This document shows positions 1 to 10,901 of a stretch of DNA of 64,000 nucleotides, in pieces. Origin of the DNA: Betaproteobacteria bacterium (GTDB lineage Bacteria; Pseudomonadota; Gammaproteobacteria; Burkholderiales; SG8-41); NCBI GenBank assembly GCA_021732605.1, contig JAKFUS010000029.1, positions 89,300 to 153,299 of the forward strand, given 5' to 3'. Made by a program: the position numbers and the translations under genes. Under the pieces are notes generated by a model. It was not told the origin of the DNA. It saw only the letters and a program-made list of their open reading frames with translations, and made no database searches. Each line of letters opens with the position of its first letter. The stretch's first letter is position 1.

Positions 1-853
1 CTTCCTGGCCGAGGGTATCCATGAAGGGCAGCAGCACTTCTGACTCATAGTTCTCCGGCAAGCCGCCGGCACGTTTTGCCGCTTCTGCTTCTTCCGCGGA
101 AAGACCGAATTTGTTCTGAATTTCCTGGGTGAGCTGTACACCGCCGAAGGGCTGTTCACGCATGTAGACCGACTGGTCATTGCGGATCACGTTGACATTC
201 ATGGTCGAGGCGCCGATATCGACGACCGCGATGTTGAGATCGCGACCGCGCTCCGGCAGCGAGGCCTCAATCAGTTCGAATGCGGACTGGGCGGCGAAAA
301 GGTCAACGTCCATTACGATCGCCTTCAGGCCAGCGCCTTCGGCGACTGCCACGCGATCCTCGATTTTGTCCTTGCGCGAAGCCGCGATCAGCACTTCAAC
401 GTCTTCTGGACTGTTCGGCGCGGGGCCCAGAACCTGATAGTCGAGGTTGACCTCGTCAATAGAGAACGGAATGTATTCGTTGGCAGCCCGCTCGACTTCA
501 AGACCGAGGTCGTCATCCGATTGCCCGGCCGGCACCAGCACTTTTTTGCTGATGACCGCCGCGTTGGGCAGGGCGAGCGCGAGATTCTTGAAATTGCTGC
601 CGAGCCTTTTGTGGCAGCGCTTGACGGCTTCGATCACGGCGTCGAGGTTGTTGATATTGCCTTCAACAACGGATTCCGTGGGCAGTGGCTCAATGGCATA
701 ACGCTCAAGGCGATAGACGCCTTTGCCAGCGTCCGCGATCTCGACCATTTTCACCGCCGAGGAACTGATATCGGCGCCGATCAGTGGCGGCATCTTGGGC
801 TTGAACAAACCCTCGATGGCGTCAAAGTTAAGGCTGAATTTTCCTTTAGCCAT
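1..853 (-). CDS. pilM: Type IV pilus assembly protein PilM, N-terminal ~284 codons; the 3' end runs off the left window edge
   Basis: Absent from the ORF track because it is open at the window edge. My reverse-strand translation from the ATG at complement(851..853) reads MAKGKFSLNFDAIEGLFKPKMPPLIGADISSSAVKMVEIADAGKGVYRLERYAIEPLP... and is still open at base 2 (...GGLPENYESEVLLPFMDTLGQE). This is actin-like PilM family. It is divergent from mrcA, as in the Pseudomonas pilMNOPQ/ponA layout. Confidence 0.85.
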   Translation of the reverse strand, partial: MAKGKFSLNFDAIEGLFKPKMPPLIGADISSSAVKMVEIADAGKGVYRLERYAIEPLPTESVVEGNINNLDAVIEAVKRCHKRLGSNFKNLALALPNAAVISKKVLVPAGQSDDDLGLEVERAANEYIPFSIDEVNLDYQVLGPAPNSPEDVEVLIAASRKDKIEDRVAVAEGAGLKAIVMDVDLFAAQSAFELIEASLPERGRDLNIAVVDIGASTMNVNVIRNDQSVYMREQPFGGVQLTQEIQNKFGLSAEEAEAAKRAGGLPENYESEVLLPFMDTLGQE

Positions 854-1083
854 ATGTTTTTAGCGCGAACTCCCCACAATTCACTTTAGACATTAGCAGC
901 AAGCTTTTATTACGTAAAGACTTTTAGCTGCGTTCCCTTTGCGGTTCGATCCGCCTATAATGCAGCCGCTACAGGTCATACTCTGCAGGATTTTCGGCTT
1001 ACAGGCAATAAGATTTTGCATTAGGTGTGGCGCGTAACCCACAGATTAATTTGACTTTTCTCACGAAATTTTTTTTCCACTAG

Positions 1084-3393
1084 ATGTCTGTTCGTTGGTG
1101 GGCCTTCCCACTATTACTGGTATTTTTGCTGACTGCAGCTGCAAGTCTGGTCATCGGCTTTGCCGCGGTAATGGTCGTACCGACCCTTCCGTCTCTGGAA
1201 TCGCTGACAGATTACCGCCCCAAAATCCCTCTACGAGTCTACAGTGCGGACGCTCAGCTGATCGGCGAGTTTGGTGAGGAACGTCGTGCGGTGATCAAGC
1301 TGGCACAGGTGCCGAAAAGCCTGGTCGATGCCATCGTTGCCGCCGAAGACGAGCGTTTTTACCAGCACGGTGGCGTCGATTATCTGGGGGTTGCCCGCGC
1401 CGCACTGTCGAATTTCGCATCCGGCGGTGTAAAACAAGGCGCCTCAACCATCACCATGCAGGTGGCGCGGAATTTTTTCCTGTCCAAGGAAAAGACGCTG
1501 ACCCGCAAATTCAATGAAATGCTGCTGGCTTTCAAGATTGAATCCAGTCTCAGCAAGCAGCAGATCCTTGAGCTCTATATCAATCAGATCTACCTCGGAC
1601 AGCGGGCCTACGGCTTTGCAGCGGCTGCGCAGATCTACTATGGAAAACCCCTGGATCGGCTGACCATCGCGGAACACGCGATGCTGGCCGGGCTGCCGAA
1701 GGCGCCGTCACGCTTCAATCCTGTGGCTAACCCCGCCCGCGCAAAACTGCGCCAGCAATATGTGCTCAGGCGCATGCGTGAGTTGGACATGATCACACCC
1801 CAGGAATTGGCCGCGGCCGACAAGGAGGGGCCGCCGGTCAAACAGGTGATGAACGAATACGGGGTACGTGCGGATTATTTTGCGGAGATGGTGCGTGCCC
1901 AGATGTTTGAGCGCTATGGAGAAGAAGCCTACACCCGTGGACTGAAGGTCTATACCACGCTGAATGTCGAACACCAGCGGGCGGCATACCAGGCCTTGCG
2001 TAAAGGCGTACTCGAGTACGACAGGCGACACGGCTACCGCGGCCCGGAAGCTTATGTTGAACTAACGGGTCAATTGACCGATGAGCGCCTTGAAGACGCA
2101 CTGCAGGATGTGGCTGACAGCGACGAGCTCCATGCGGCCATTGTGCTCGAAGCCACGACAAAGCAGGTTCGCGTTTATATCGCCGGCGGCGAGTACATCA
2201 CGATTGCCGAGGACGGGCTGAAATTTGCCACCCGCATGCTCGGCGACAATGCGGCGCCCAACCAGCGTATCCGCCGCGGCGCGATCATCCGCCTCTCGCG
2301 CGATGAAAAAAACCGCTGGCAGATCGTTCAGTTGCCGGTTGTTGAATCGGCGTTCGTTGCCGCGGATCCACGCAGCGGCGCAATCCGGGCTCTGGTCGGC
2401 GGTTTTGATTTCAACCGCAACCAGTTCAACCATGTCACTCAGGCATTGCGCCAGCCCGGCTCAAGCTTTAAACCGTTTGTCTATTCCGCGGCACTGGAAA
2501 AAGGGTTTACCCCAGCCACCATCATCAATGATGCGCCGCTGACCTTTAGCGCGGCGCAAACCGGCTCTGAGCCCTGGGAGCCGAAAAACTACGATGGCAA
2601 GTTCGACGGGCCGCTGCGTCTACGTGCCGCCCTGGCCAAATCAAAAAACCTGGTGTCGGTACGCTTAATCCAGGCGATCAGCCCGCAATATGCGCAGGAC
2701 TACATCACGCGGTTCGGCTTTGATCCTAAAATGCATCCACCATACCTGACGATGGCGCTGGGTGCCGGCAACACAACGCCAATGCAAATGCTGGGCGCCT
2801 ATTCAGTCTTTGCCAACGGCGGCTATCGCGTAACACCTTATTTTGTCGAGCGCGTAGAAGATGACAAGGGCAACAAGATGATGGTCAACCAGCCGCAGAT
2901 TGCCGGAGAGTCCGCGGAGCGCGTCATTGATGCGCGCAATGCGTTCATCATGACCAGCCTGATGCGCGATGTGGTGCGCGCCGGGACCGCAACCCGCGCC
3001 ATGCGCCTCAAGCGGGGAGATCTTGCCGGCAAGACTGGGACCACCAACGAGTTTGTCGATGCCTGGTTCGGCGGTTTTCAGCCGACCTTGGTGGCGATAG
3101 CGTGGGTGGGTTTTGACCAACCGAAAACACTGGGGCGCAACGAAACCGGCGGCAGTGCGGCGTTGCCGATCTGGATTGATTACATGGCTGTGGCGCTGAA
3201 GAATGTGCCCGAAGAACCATTTAATCCGCCTGCCGGGGTCATGGTGATGCAGATCGATCCGCAAACCGGGGTTCGCTCCAGCAGTGGCGGCATCAGCGAA
3301 TTTTTTTACCAGGAATTTCCCGCGCCTGATCATGGCGCCGAATCATCTGGCGCGGAAAAACTGCCGGACGACGCCAAAAACCAGCTGTTTTAG
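1084..3393 (+). CDS. mrcA: Penicillin-binding protein 1A (bifunctional glycosyltransferase/transpeptidase)
   Basis: 769-aa ORF with an N-terminal membrane anchor. GT51 motifs EDERFYQHGGVD, GASTITMQ and RKFNE are present. Transpeptidase motifs are SSFKP (SxxK), SKN (SxN) and KTGTT (KTG). Confidence 0.95.
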   Translation: MSVRWWAFPLLLVFLLTAAASLVIGFAAVMVVPTLPSLESLTDYRPKIPLRVYSADAQLIGEFGEERRAVIKLAQVPKSLVDAIVAAEDERFYQHGGVDYLGVARAALSNFASGGVKQGASTITMQVARNFFLSKEKTLTRKFNEMLLAFKIESSLSKQQILELYINQIYLGQRAYGFAAAAQIYYGKPLDRLTIAEHAMLAGLPKAPSRFNPVANPARAKLRQQYVLRRMRELDMITPQELAAADKEGPPVKQVMNEYGVRADYFAEMVRAQMFERYGEEAYTRGLKVYTTLNVEHQRAAYQALRKGVLEYDRRHGYRGPEAYVELTGQLTDERLEDALQDVADSDELHAAIVLEATTKQVRVYIAGGEYITIAEDGLKFATRMLGDNAAPNQRIRRGAIIRLSRDEKNRWQIVQLPVVESAFVAADPRSGAIRALVGGFDFNRNQFNHVTQALRQPGSSFKPFVYSAALEKGFTPATIINDAPLTFSAAQTGSEPWEPKNYDGKFDGPLRLRAALAKSKNLVSVRLIQAISPQYAQDYITRFGFDPKMHPPYLTMALGAGNTTPMQMLGAYSVFANGGYRVTPYFVERVEDDKGNKMMVNQPQIAGESAERVIDARNAFIMTSLMRDVVRAGTATRAMRLKRGDLAGKTGTTNEFVDAWFGGFQPTLVAIAWVGFDQPKTLGRNETGGSAALPIWIDYMAVALKNVPEEPFNPPAGVMVMQIDPQTGVRSSSGGISEFFYQEFPAPDHGAESSGAEKLPDDAKNQLF

Positions 3394-3402
3394 GAGTGCG
3401 GA

Positions 3403-3999
3403 ATGGCCAGAGAGCGGGGCCGCGACGACACACGCAGCGCGATCGCCGTGCATGCTGCACGGCTGATGACGCAGGACGGCATCGAAGATTACGGTCTGGC
3501 CAAACGCAAGGCGGCGAAACAGCTGGGCCTTCCCGATTCAAGCCGGCTTCCGAACAACGATGAAATCGATGCCGCACTGCGCGAATACCAGGACATTTAC
3601 CGCAGTGATGACCAGGACCAGCGCATTCGGGCGTTGCGCGAACAGGCGGTTCGTGCAATGCGTGAACTGTCCACTTTCGATCCGCATCTGACGGGATCGG
3701 TGCTGTCCGGCATGGCGGGGCCGTACGCAGTCATTCACCTGCAGTTGTTTACCGATAACGCGAAAGCCGTCGAACTGTTCCTGATCGACCGCAAGATGCC
3801 GTACAAGACCGGACAGAGCCGCCTGTATGCAGGCCATGAACCGCGGGTGCTGCCGGTGTTCAGCATTGTCGTGGAAGGCGCGGACATTGAACTGACGGTG
3901 TTTGACAGCCGCGATTTGCGTGCGCCGGTGCGGGCAACCGCGGAAGGCCGGGTGATCGAACGCGCCAGGTTGCCGGCGGTTGAAGCGCTGCTCGCTTAG
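3403..3999 (+). CDS. Conserved hypothetical protein, possibly a degenerate minimal-nucleotidyltransferase fold
   Basis: 198-aa ORF packed tightly, 9 nt after mrcA. The segment GSVLSGMAGPYAVIHLQLF resembles the GS-x(10-11)-DxD nucleotidyltransferase signature but has H and Q where the two Asp residues would sit (by-eye alignment only). Confidence 0.6.
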   Translation: MARERGRDDTRSAIAVHAARLMTQDGIEDYGLAKRKAAKQLGLPDSSRLPNNDEIDAALREYQDIYRSDDQDQRIRALREQAVRAMRELSTFDPHLTGSVLSGMAGPYAVIHLQLFTDNAKAVELFLIDRKMPYKTGQSRLYAGHEPRVLPVFSIVVEGADIELTVFDSRDLRAPVRATAEGRVIERARLPAVEALLA

Positions 4000-4024
4000 A
4001 GCGGTTTTTGCATACTTACCGCGC

Positions 4025-5038
<1,014 letters not shown>

Positions 5039-5186
5039 CTAACACCTTGGAAATACGGGAAGTTTTCCGCTGCCCGCGACGGTGGGAACTAATCCTGATT
5101 ATAGTCGTCTGATATTACAGATGACTTCGGTTGTCTCCCGCTTCCCTCCCTGAGCGGGTGCCTTAAACCTAATTTAAGGCTCTTCG

Positions 5187-5220
5187 CCCCCGGTTTACTC
5201 CCCTTAACCGGGGGCTTTTT
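5187..5220 (+). terminator. GC-rich hairpin with a T-run only on the + strand, abutting the engB stop codon
   Basis: Stem CCCCCGGTT (5187-5195) pairs with AACCGGGGG (5206-5214) and is followed by CTTTTT. On the minus strand, the sense of both flanking genes, no U-run follows the hairpin. Confidence 0.4.
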
Positions 5221-5812
5221 ATTGTTTCAGCCACCGTGCGATCACGGCCTGCGCCTGCTTTACACCGGTCTTGCTGGTGCCGGAAAAAATCTGTGCCGTG
5301 GCTTCACCGGGATGGCGTGCAAGATCAGCCGTGGTCTGTTTCAGCATCGCGTCAGCCTGCTGCCGGTTCAGCTTGTCGGACTTGGTCAGCAGCACATGCA
5401 CCGCTTTGTTGGTGGGCGCCAGCCAGTCCAGCATCTGCCAGTCCAGGGGGGTCAGCCCACGCCGAATATCGACGATAATAATCAATAAAATCAAAGAGTT
5501 ACGATTTGAGATGTAAGTGCCAATTAACTCATCCCAGCGCTCCTGCTCTTGGCGCGGCACCTTGGCATAACCATAACCCGGCAGATCGACCAGAGAGCAA
5601 TGGTTGCCCATGTCGAAAAAATTGATGGCCTGAGTGCGCCCGGGGGTTTTGCTGACAAACGCCAGCTTGCGGCGATTGGCCAGCGCGTTGATCGCCGTGG
5701 ATTTACCGGCGTTGGAGCGGCCGGCAAAAGCCACCTCGGCGCCCTGATCCGGCGGCATGTCGGGTAGCTGGTGTACGGCGTAGCGAAATTCGAGTTGCGA
5801 AAACAGGGACAC
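5219..5812 (-). CDS. engB: Ribosome-biogenesis GTPase EngB/YihA
   Basis: 197 aa. GTPase motifs are G1 GRSNAGKST, G3 DLPGYG and G4 TKSDK. Confidence 0.9.
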   Translation of the reverse strand: MSLFSQLEFRYAVHQLPDMPPDQGAEVAFAGRSNAGKSTAINALANRRKLAFVSKTPGRTQAINFFDMGNHCSLVDLPGYGYAKVPRQEQERWDELIGTYISNRNSLILLIIIVDIRRGLTPLDWQMLDWLAPTNKAVHVLLTKSDKLNRQQADAMLKQTTADLARHPGEATAQIFSGTSKTGVKQAQAVIARWLKQ

Positions 5813-5911
5813 GGTTGTTGATCCTTGGGGCGCGGGGAGTGAGGGGAATGCGCCGTATGGAATGTTATAGAATACAAACCTTTTTTACGACCGCATGATC
5901 AAGGAGTATGC

Positions 5912-6574
5912 ATGGAACACCGCCTTTCGAACCGCGACCTGAAATCCTGGCGGCTGCTGGCCGTTGTGGTGGGAGCGCTGGCGGCACACAGTGTGCTGGC
6001 TCAAGGGGTTATAAAAGGTGATCCGTCCAAAGCCCAGCAGATTGTCACTCAGGTTTGCGCGGCCTGCCATGCGGCTGACGGCAACAGCGCGATCCCGGTC
6101 AATCCCAGTCTCGCCGGTCAGCATCCTGAATATACCTACAAGCAACTGATGAATTTCAAAGCGCAAGGTGGCAAACCGGCGGAACGAAATAACGCCATCA
6201 TGGCCGGCATGGTCGCGAATCTGTCGGATGACGACATGAAAAACCTGGCAACCTATTTTTCATCGCAGAAAGCCAAGCCGGGTGTAGCACGTGATGCTGT
6301 GTTGGTGAAACAGGGCGAAGCCATTTATCGCGGAGGTGTTGCAGCCAAGGGTGTTCCGGCCTGTGCCTCCTGCCACTCACCCAATGGCGCCGGTATGCCA
6401 GCGCAGTTTCCGCGGCTGGCCGGTCAGCATGCCGACTACACCTCGGGCCAGCTAAAGGCCTTCCGCGTTGGACAACGCGCCAATGACGCCGCGCAGATGA
6501 TGCGGGGCGTGGCGGCAAAAATGAGCGACCAGGAAATCGCTGCGGTGTCCGAGTACATCGCGGGCCTGCGCTGA
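5912..6574 (+). CDS. Di-haem cytochrome c4
   Basis: 220 aa with a signal peptide. Two CxxCH haem-binding motifs (CAACH, CASCH) sit in two repeated cytochrome c domains. Confidence 0.9.
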   Translation: MEHRLSNRDLKSWRLLAVVVGALAAHSVLAQGVIKGDPSKAQQIVTQVCAACHAADGNSAIPVNPSLAGQHPEYTYKQLMNFKAQGGKPAERNNAIMAGMVANLSDDDMKNLATYFSSQKAKPGVARDAVLVKQGEAIYRGGVAAKGVPACASCHSPNGAGMPAQFPRLAGQHADYTSGQLKAFRVGQRANDAAQMMRGVAAKMSDQEIAAVSEYIAGLR

Positions 6575-6603
6575 TATTTTCCCTGTCGTTACAACTTTAA
6601 AAA

Positions 6604-6630
6604 GGGAGACTGCTGCAGTCTCCCTTTTTT
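6604..6630 (+). terminator. Rho-independent terminator after cytochrome c4
   Basis: Stem GGGAGACTG / CAGTCTCCC with a 3-nt loop, followed by TTTTTT. It lies 30 nt after the stop codon. Confidence 0.75.
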
Positions 6631-6672
6631 GTCCGCGTTTTGTAGCCTAACTGGTTGGCTAACTGAATTTTA

Positions 6673-8727
6673 ATGGCCCAGCACACCCGATCCCGCGCTG
6701 CTTACGACCTGCTGTCGTCAATGCGTTTTGCCATCAGCCTGCTGACCGTGCTGGCGATCGCGTCGGTGGTCGGCACGGTACTGAAACAGGCCGAGCCCTA
6801 TCCCAATTACATTTCGCAGTTCGGCCAGTTCTGGTTTCCGGTATTCGAAGCGCTGGGTTTGTACGACGTTTATCACGCCGCGTGGTTTCTCGCGATTCTC
6901 AGTTTCCTCGTGCTGTCGACCAGTCTGTGCATTTATCGCAATGGCCCGGGCATGCTGCGCGAGATGCGCAATTTCCGTGAGCTGGCGACCGAGCGTTCAC
7001 TGCAGCACATCCAGCAGCGTGCAGAATTTGAACTCGCCGTGCCAGCGGCGGCAGCACTCAGTCGCGCAACGCAGTACCTGACGGCCAGCGGTTTCCGCTT
7101 TCGTTCTGTGCCGCGCGGCGAAGACGGCGCCGACACGCTGATTGCCGCCAAGGCCGGCAGTTACCACCGCACCGGTTACCTGCTGACCCACTGCGGCATC
7201 GTGGTGATCTGTTTCGGCGGTTTGCTCGACGGCAACATCCCGCTCAAAGCGCTGCAACTGAGCGGGCAGAAAGTCATCGAAACCCGCGACATCCCGCAAA
7301 GCCAGGTGCCGCCGCAGAGCCGCTTGTCGCCGGCCAATCTGTCGTTTCGTGGCAACGTCAACATCCCCGAAGGCACCAGCGCCAGCGTTGTGTTCCAGAA
7401 CGTAGCCGACGGTTATCTGGTGCAGGACCTGCCGTTCACGGTAGCGCTGAAAAAATTTCATATCGATCATTACTCGACCGGGCAGCCGCGCGATTTCGCC
7501 AGCGACATCGTGGTCACCGACAACGAAACCGGCGAACGATTCGAACGCACCATCCGCGTCAACTATCCGTTCATCCACAAGGGCATCGCCATTTACCAGG
7601 CGAGTTTCGCCGATGGCGGCACGCGCATGCAGTTGAAGGGCTGGCCGCTGCTGTCACCGCGGGTAGCCCCTTTCGATGTGGCGGGCGCTGTCAATCAATC
7701 CACGCGCATCACCAGCGGTGACACCGAGATCCGCGTCGAGCTGTCGGATTTCCGTCCGTTCAACATCGAGGATCTGGCATCGAATACCGGGGCCAGTTCG
7801 CGCGTGGAAGTGGCCAGCGTGTCGAAAAAAGTGCTCGATCAGCTCGGTTCAGGTGCTGCCGACAACACTAAAAAAGATCTGCGCAACGTCGGACCGAGTT
7901 TCCAGTACCGCTTGCGCGACACACAGGGCCAGGCCCGCGAATTCAGCAATTACATGCTGCCGCTGCAGCTCGACGGTGCCTGGTACCTGATGACCGGTGT
8001 GCGCGGCAATCCCAACGAAGGCTTCCGTTTCCTGCGTTTGCCGCTGGATATCGACGGCCGCATCGACGGCCACATGCAGTTGCGCGCGACGCTGCTCGAT
8101 GAAAAATCGCGCGCCGAGATCGGTCGGCGTTTTGCGCGCAACGCCGTCAGCGGGTCCGCGGTGTCGGAAACCATGCGCGAGCGCCTCGCCGAAAGCGCGG
8201 AGAAGGTGCTGCAGTTGTTTGCCTTGCGCGGTTTTGAATCCGTCGGCCAGTTCATCGAAAAGGGCATCCCGCAGGCCGAGCAGGAAAAAGCCGCCGATGT
8301 CTATGTCAAAGTACTGGAGGGCGCGGCGCTGGAAGCGCTGCAACTGGCGCGCGAACGCGTCAAGCTGCCGCCGGCGCCGTTTGAGCCGCAGACCCTGCGC
8401 TTTGTCCGCGACAGCCTGACCTCGGTCAGTGACAGCTTCGCCTATGGCGCGCCGATCTACCTGCAACTGGTGCAGTACGAGGAAATCAAGGCGTCCGGCC
8501 TGCAGCTGACGCGCTCACCCGGTAAAAATATCGTCTATACCGGATCGCTACTGCTGGTGCTGGGCATTTTTGCGATGCTCTATATCCGCGAACGGCGGAT
8601 CTGGTTGCTGGTCAAACCGGCGCAGGGCAAGATGCTGCTGGCGATGGCCACCAACCGGCATACGCTGGAAAATGAACATGAATTCGAACGCCACAAGGCT
8701 GCGCTGGCTGCGGCCGCGAGAGACTAA
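6673..8727 (+). CDS. ccsB: System II cytochrome c biogenesis protein ResB/Ccs1 family
   Basis: 684 aa. It has N-terminal transmembrane helices, a large periplasmic domain and a C-terminal TM helix. It lies immediately upstream of ccsA and downstream of a c-type cytochrome. Confidence 0.88.
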   Translation: MAQHTRSRAAYDLLSSMRFAISLLTVLAIASVVGTVLKQAEPYPNYISQFGQFWFPVFEALGLYDVYHAAWFLAILSFLVLSTSLCIYRNGPGMLREMRNFRELATERSLQHIQQRAEFELAVPAAAALSRATQYLTASGFRFRSVPRGEDGADTLIAAKAGSYHRTGYLLTHCGIVVICFGGLLDGNIPLKALQLSGQKVIETRDIPQSQVPPQSRLSPANLSFRGNVNIPEGTSASVVFQNVADGYLVQDLPFTVALKKFHIDHYSTGQPRDFASDIVVTDNETGERFERTIRVNYPFIHKGIAIYQASFADGGTRMQLKGWPLLSPRVAPFDVAGAVNQSTRITSGDTEIRVELSDFRPFNIEDLASNTGASSRVEVASVSKKVLDQLGSGAADNTKKDLRNVGPSFQYRLRDTQGQAREFSNYMLPLQLDGAWYLMTGVRGNPNEGFRFLRLPLDIDGRIDGHMQLRATLLDEKSRAEIGRRFARNAVSGSAVSETMRERLAESAEKVLQLFALRGFESVGQFIEKGIPQAEQEKAADVYVKVLEGAALEALQLARERVKLPPAPFEPQTLRFVRDSLTSVSDSFAYGAPIYLQLVQYEEIKASGLQLTRSPGKNIVYTGSLLLVLGIFAMLYIRERRIWLLVKPAQGKMLLAMATNRHTLENEHEFERHKAALAAAARD

Positions 8728-8730
8728 TCC

Positions 8731-9891
8731 ATGGAACTGACGCAAACCCAAACGCAGACCCTGCCGCAACAACCGCAGTCCTGGCTGCGCCGCCTGTCCT
8801 GGTTTGACTGGGCCTACGCCGCCGCATTGCTGATTGGCGCCGGAGTGGCGCTGCAACTCTACGGCGGTTACATGGACGGTTATGAAAAAGCCATCCTCAC
8901 CGGCGCAGCATTGTCCGTCGCCGGCCTCGGCTGGCACTGGAAACCGGTGCGGGTGCTGATGATCGTGCTGGTGGGTGTCAGCCTGTGGAGTATTTCGCTG
9001 TACCAGGGCGAACTCGCACGCGCCGACAAGGCGTTTTTCCTGAAATACATGATTTCCAGCCAGACCGCGATCATGTGGATGTGTTTTCTCTACGCGATGT
9101 CCGGTGTGTCGTACTGGGCAGGCTTGCTGGCACGCGCCGACGGCCTCACCCGGACCGGCAGCGGCTTCTTGTGGAGCGCGACCACGATGGGCCTGATTGG
9201 GTTGATGGTGCGCTGGTACGAGTCGTACCTGATCGGCACCGACGTCGGCCATATTCCCATCAGCAATCTCTACGAAGTGTTTGTGCTGTTCTGCATCATC
9301 ACGTCGCTACTCTATTTATATTACGAGGGCCGCTACGCCACGCGCAAACTCGGTGCGTTTGTAATGCTGATCATTCTTGCCGCAGTGTGGTTCATCCTCT
9401 GGTACACCTTCGACCGCGGCGCGCATGAAATTCAGCCGCTGGTGCCGGCCCTGCAGTCGTGGTGGATGAAAATCCACGTGCCGGCGAATTTCATCGGCTA
9501 CGGCGCATTTTCGATTGCGGCGATGGTGGGTGTCGCCTACCTGCTGGCGAGCAAAGGGGTGATGACGCGCCTGCTGCCGCCGGCAGAAGTCATGGATGAC
9601 GTGATGTACAAGGCCATCGCCATCGGCTTTGCTTTTTTCACTATCGCCACCATCCTCGGCGCGATGTGGGCGGCGGAAGCCTGGGGCGGTTACTGGTCCT
9701 GGGATCCGAAGGAAACCTGGGCGCTGATCGTATGGCTGAACTATGCCGCCTGGCTGCACATGCGCCTGATCAAGGGGCTGCGTGGTCCCTTGCTCGCCTG
9801 GTGGGCAGTCGTCGGTTTGCTGGTGACTACTTTCGCTTTCATCGGCGTCAACATGTTCCTGTCAGGGCTGCATTCCTACGGCACGCTGTAA
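8731..9891 (+). CDS. ccsA: System II cytochrome c biogenesis protein CcsA/ResC
   Basis: 386 aa, polytopic. It carries the tryptophan-rich WWD motif WGGYWSWDPKETW. Confidence 0.9.
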   Translation: MELTQTQTQTLPQQPQSWLRRLSWFDWAYAAALLIGAGVALQLYGGYMDGYEKAILTGAALSVAGLGWHWKPVRVLMIVLVGVSLWSISLYQGELARADKAFFLKYMISSQTAIMWMCFLYAMSGVSYWAGLLARADGLTRTGSGFLWSATTMGLIGLMVRWYESYLIGTDVGHIPISNLYEVFVLFCIITSLLYLYYEGRYATRKLGAFVMLIILAAVWFILWYTFDRGAHEIQPLVPALQSWWMKIHVPANFIGYGAFSIAAMVGVAYLLASKGVMTRLLPPAEVMDDVMYKAIAIGFAFFTIATILGAMWAAEAWGGYWSWDPKETWALIVWLNYAAWLHMRLIKGLRGPLLAWWAVVGLLVTTFAFIGVNMFLSGLHSYGTL

Positions 9892-9896
9892 CCGGT

Positions 9897-10889
9897 TCAG
9901 GGCTGGACGGGTGTCACCGGCGGCAACGGCAGACCGCGTTCCGCGGCTATGCGCCGCAGCCGGTCGGGATAATCCGAAATGATGCCGTCGACGCCGAAAT
10001 CGATCATGAGCGTGATGTCGCGCGGCTCGTTCACCGTCCATACCACCACTTTTAATCCGGCCTGCTGCGCCTCGCGCACGGTTTCGCGGGTGACATCGCC
10101 GAAATAAGGCGACCATACCGCGCCGCCTGCGGCCTTGATCATCCGCGGCACCGAGCCGGCATAACGGCTGACATGAAAATCCGCGGTCCACGGTGACGAG
10201 ACTTCACCCGCGCGGATATTGTCCTGCCAGGATTGCTGTGCGCTCAGGTACACCGTCGCAATCTGCGGCGCCTCCTGCTGCATCACCTGCAAGGTGCGCC
10301 AGTCGAAGGACTGGATGGTCACTCGCGATTCCAGTTTCTCGCTGCGGATCAGCGCAATCAGCACGCGCGCGAATTCCGCCGGGGCCAGCGTGAGTTGCGA
10401 TTGCTCCGGCGAAATCTTGGTTTCGATGCTGAAGCGCACGGTGCTGTTGCCGGCACGGCGCGCCAGGGCGAATACGTCGGTCAATCGCGGTATGCGGGTG
10501 CCGTCGACCGGCAGCTGTGCAGGGAAACGCTGCGCGTAAGCCGTTTGTGGCCGGATGCGCCCGACGTCGTATTGCTGGAGTTGTGCGAAGGTCAGGCTGT
10601 GGATGGCGATGTTGCTGCGATCCAGCCACTGCCCATCGGGCCCGCGCGTGATGGCCGGATTCAACGTCGCGTCGTGGCTGACCACCACCACACCGTCCTG
10701 GGTGACTGTGGTATCCAGTTCCAGCGTGGTGACGCCGATGCTCAAGGCCTGCGCGAAGGACGGCAAGGTGTTTTCCGGCAGCAGGCCGCGCGCGCCGCGA
10801 TGGCCCTGAAGATCAATGGCCTGCGCGATGCCTGCCATCACCAGCAGCGCTGCAGCAAAAAATATCGGGCAGATGACGATCGGGCGCAT
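9897..10889 (-). CDS. Secreted glycerophosphodiester phosphodiesterase family protein
   Basis: 330 aa with a signal peptide. The GDPD N-terminal signature HRGARGLLPENT is present. Confidence 0.85.
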   Translation of the reverse strand: MRPIVICPIFFAAALLVMAGIAQAIDLQGHRGARGLLPENTLPSFAQALSIGVTTLELDTTVTQDGVVVVSHDATLNPAITRGPDGQWLDRSNIAIHSLTFAQLQQYDVGRIRPQTAYAQRFPAQLPVDGTRIPRLTDVFALARRAGNSTVRFSIETKISPEQSQLTLAPAEFARVLIALIRSEKLESRVTIQSFDWRTLQVMQQEAPQIATVYLSAQQSWQDNIRAGEVSSPWTADFHVSRYAGSVPRMIKAAGGAVWSPYFGDVTRETVREAQQAGLKVVVWTVNEPRDITLMIDFGVDGIISDYPDRLRRIAAERGLPLPPVTPVQP

Positions 10890-10901
10890 GACGTAAACAT
10901 G

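Noticed and set aside
5470-5515. AT-rich stretch resembling the intergenic AT-rich blocks
   Set aside because: It lies inside engB and simply encodes ...NSLILLIIIVDI.... It does not share the ATAACTA/ATTGTTTTT core.
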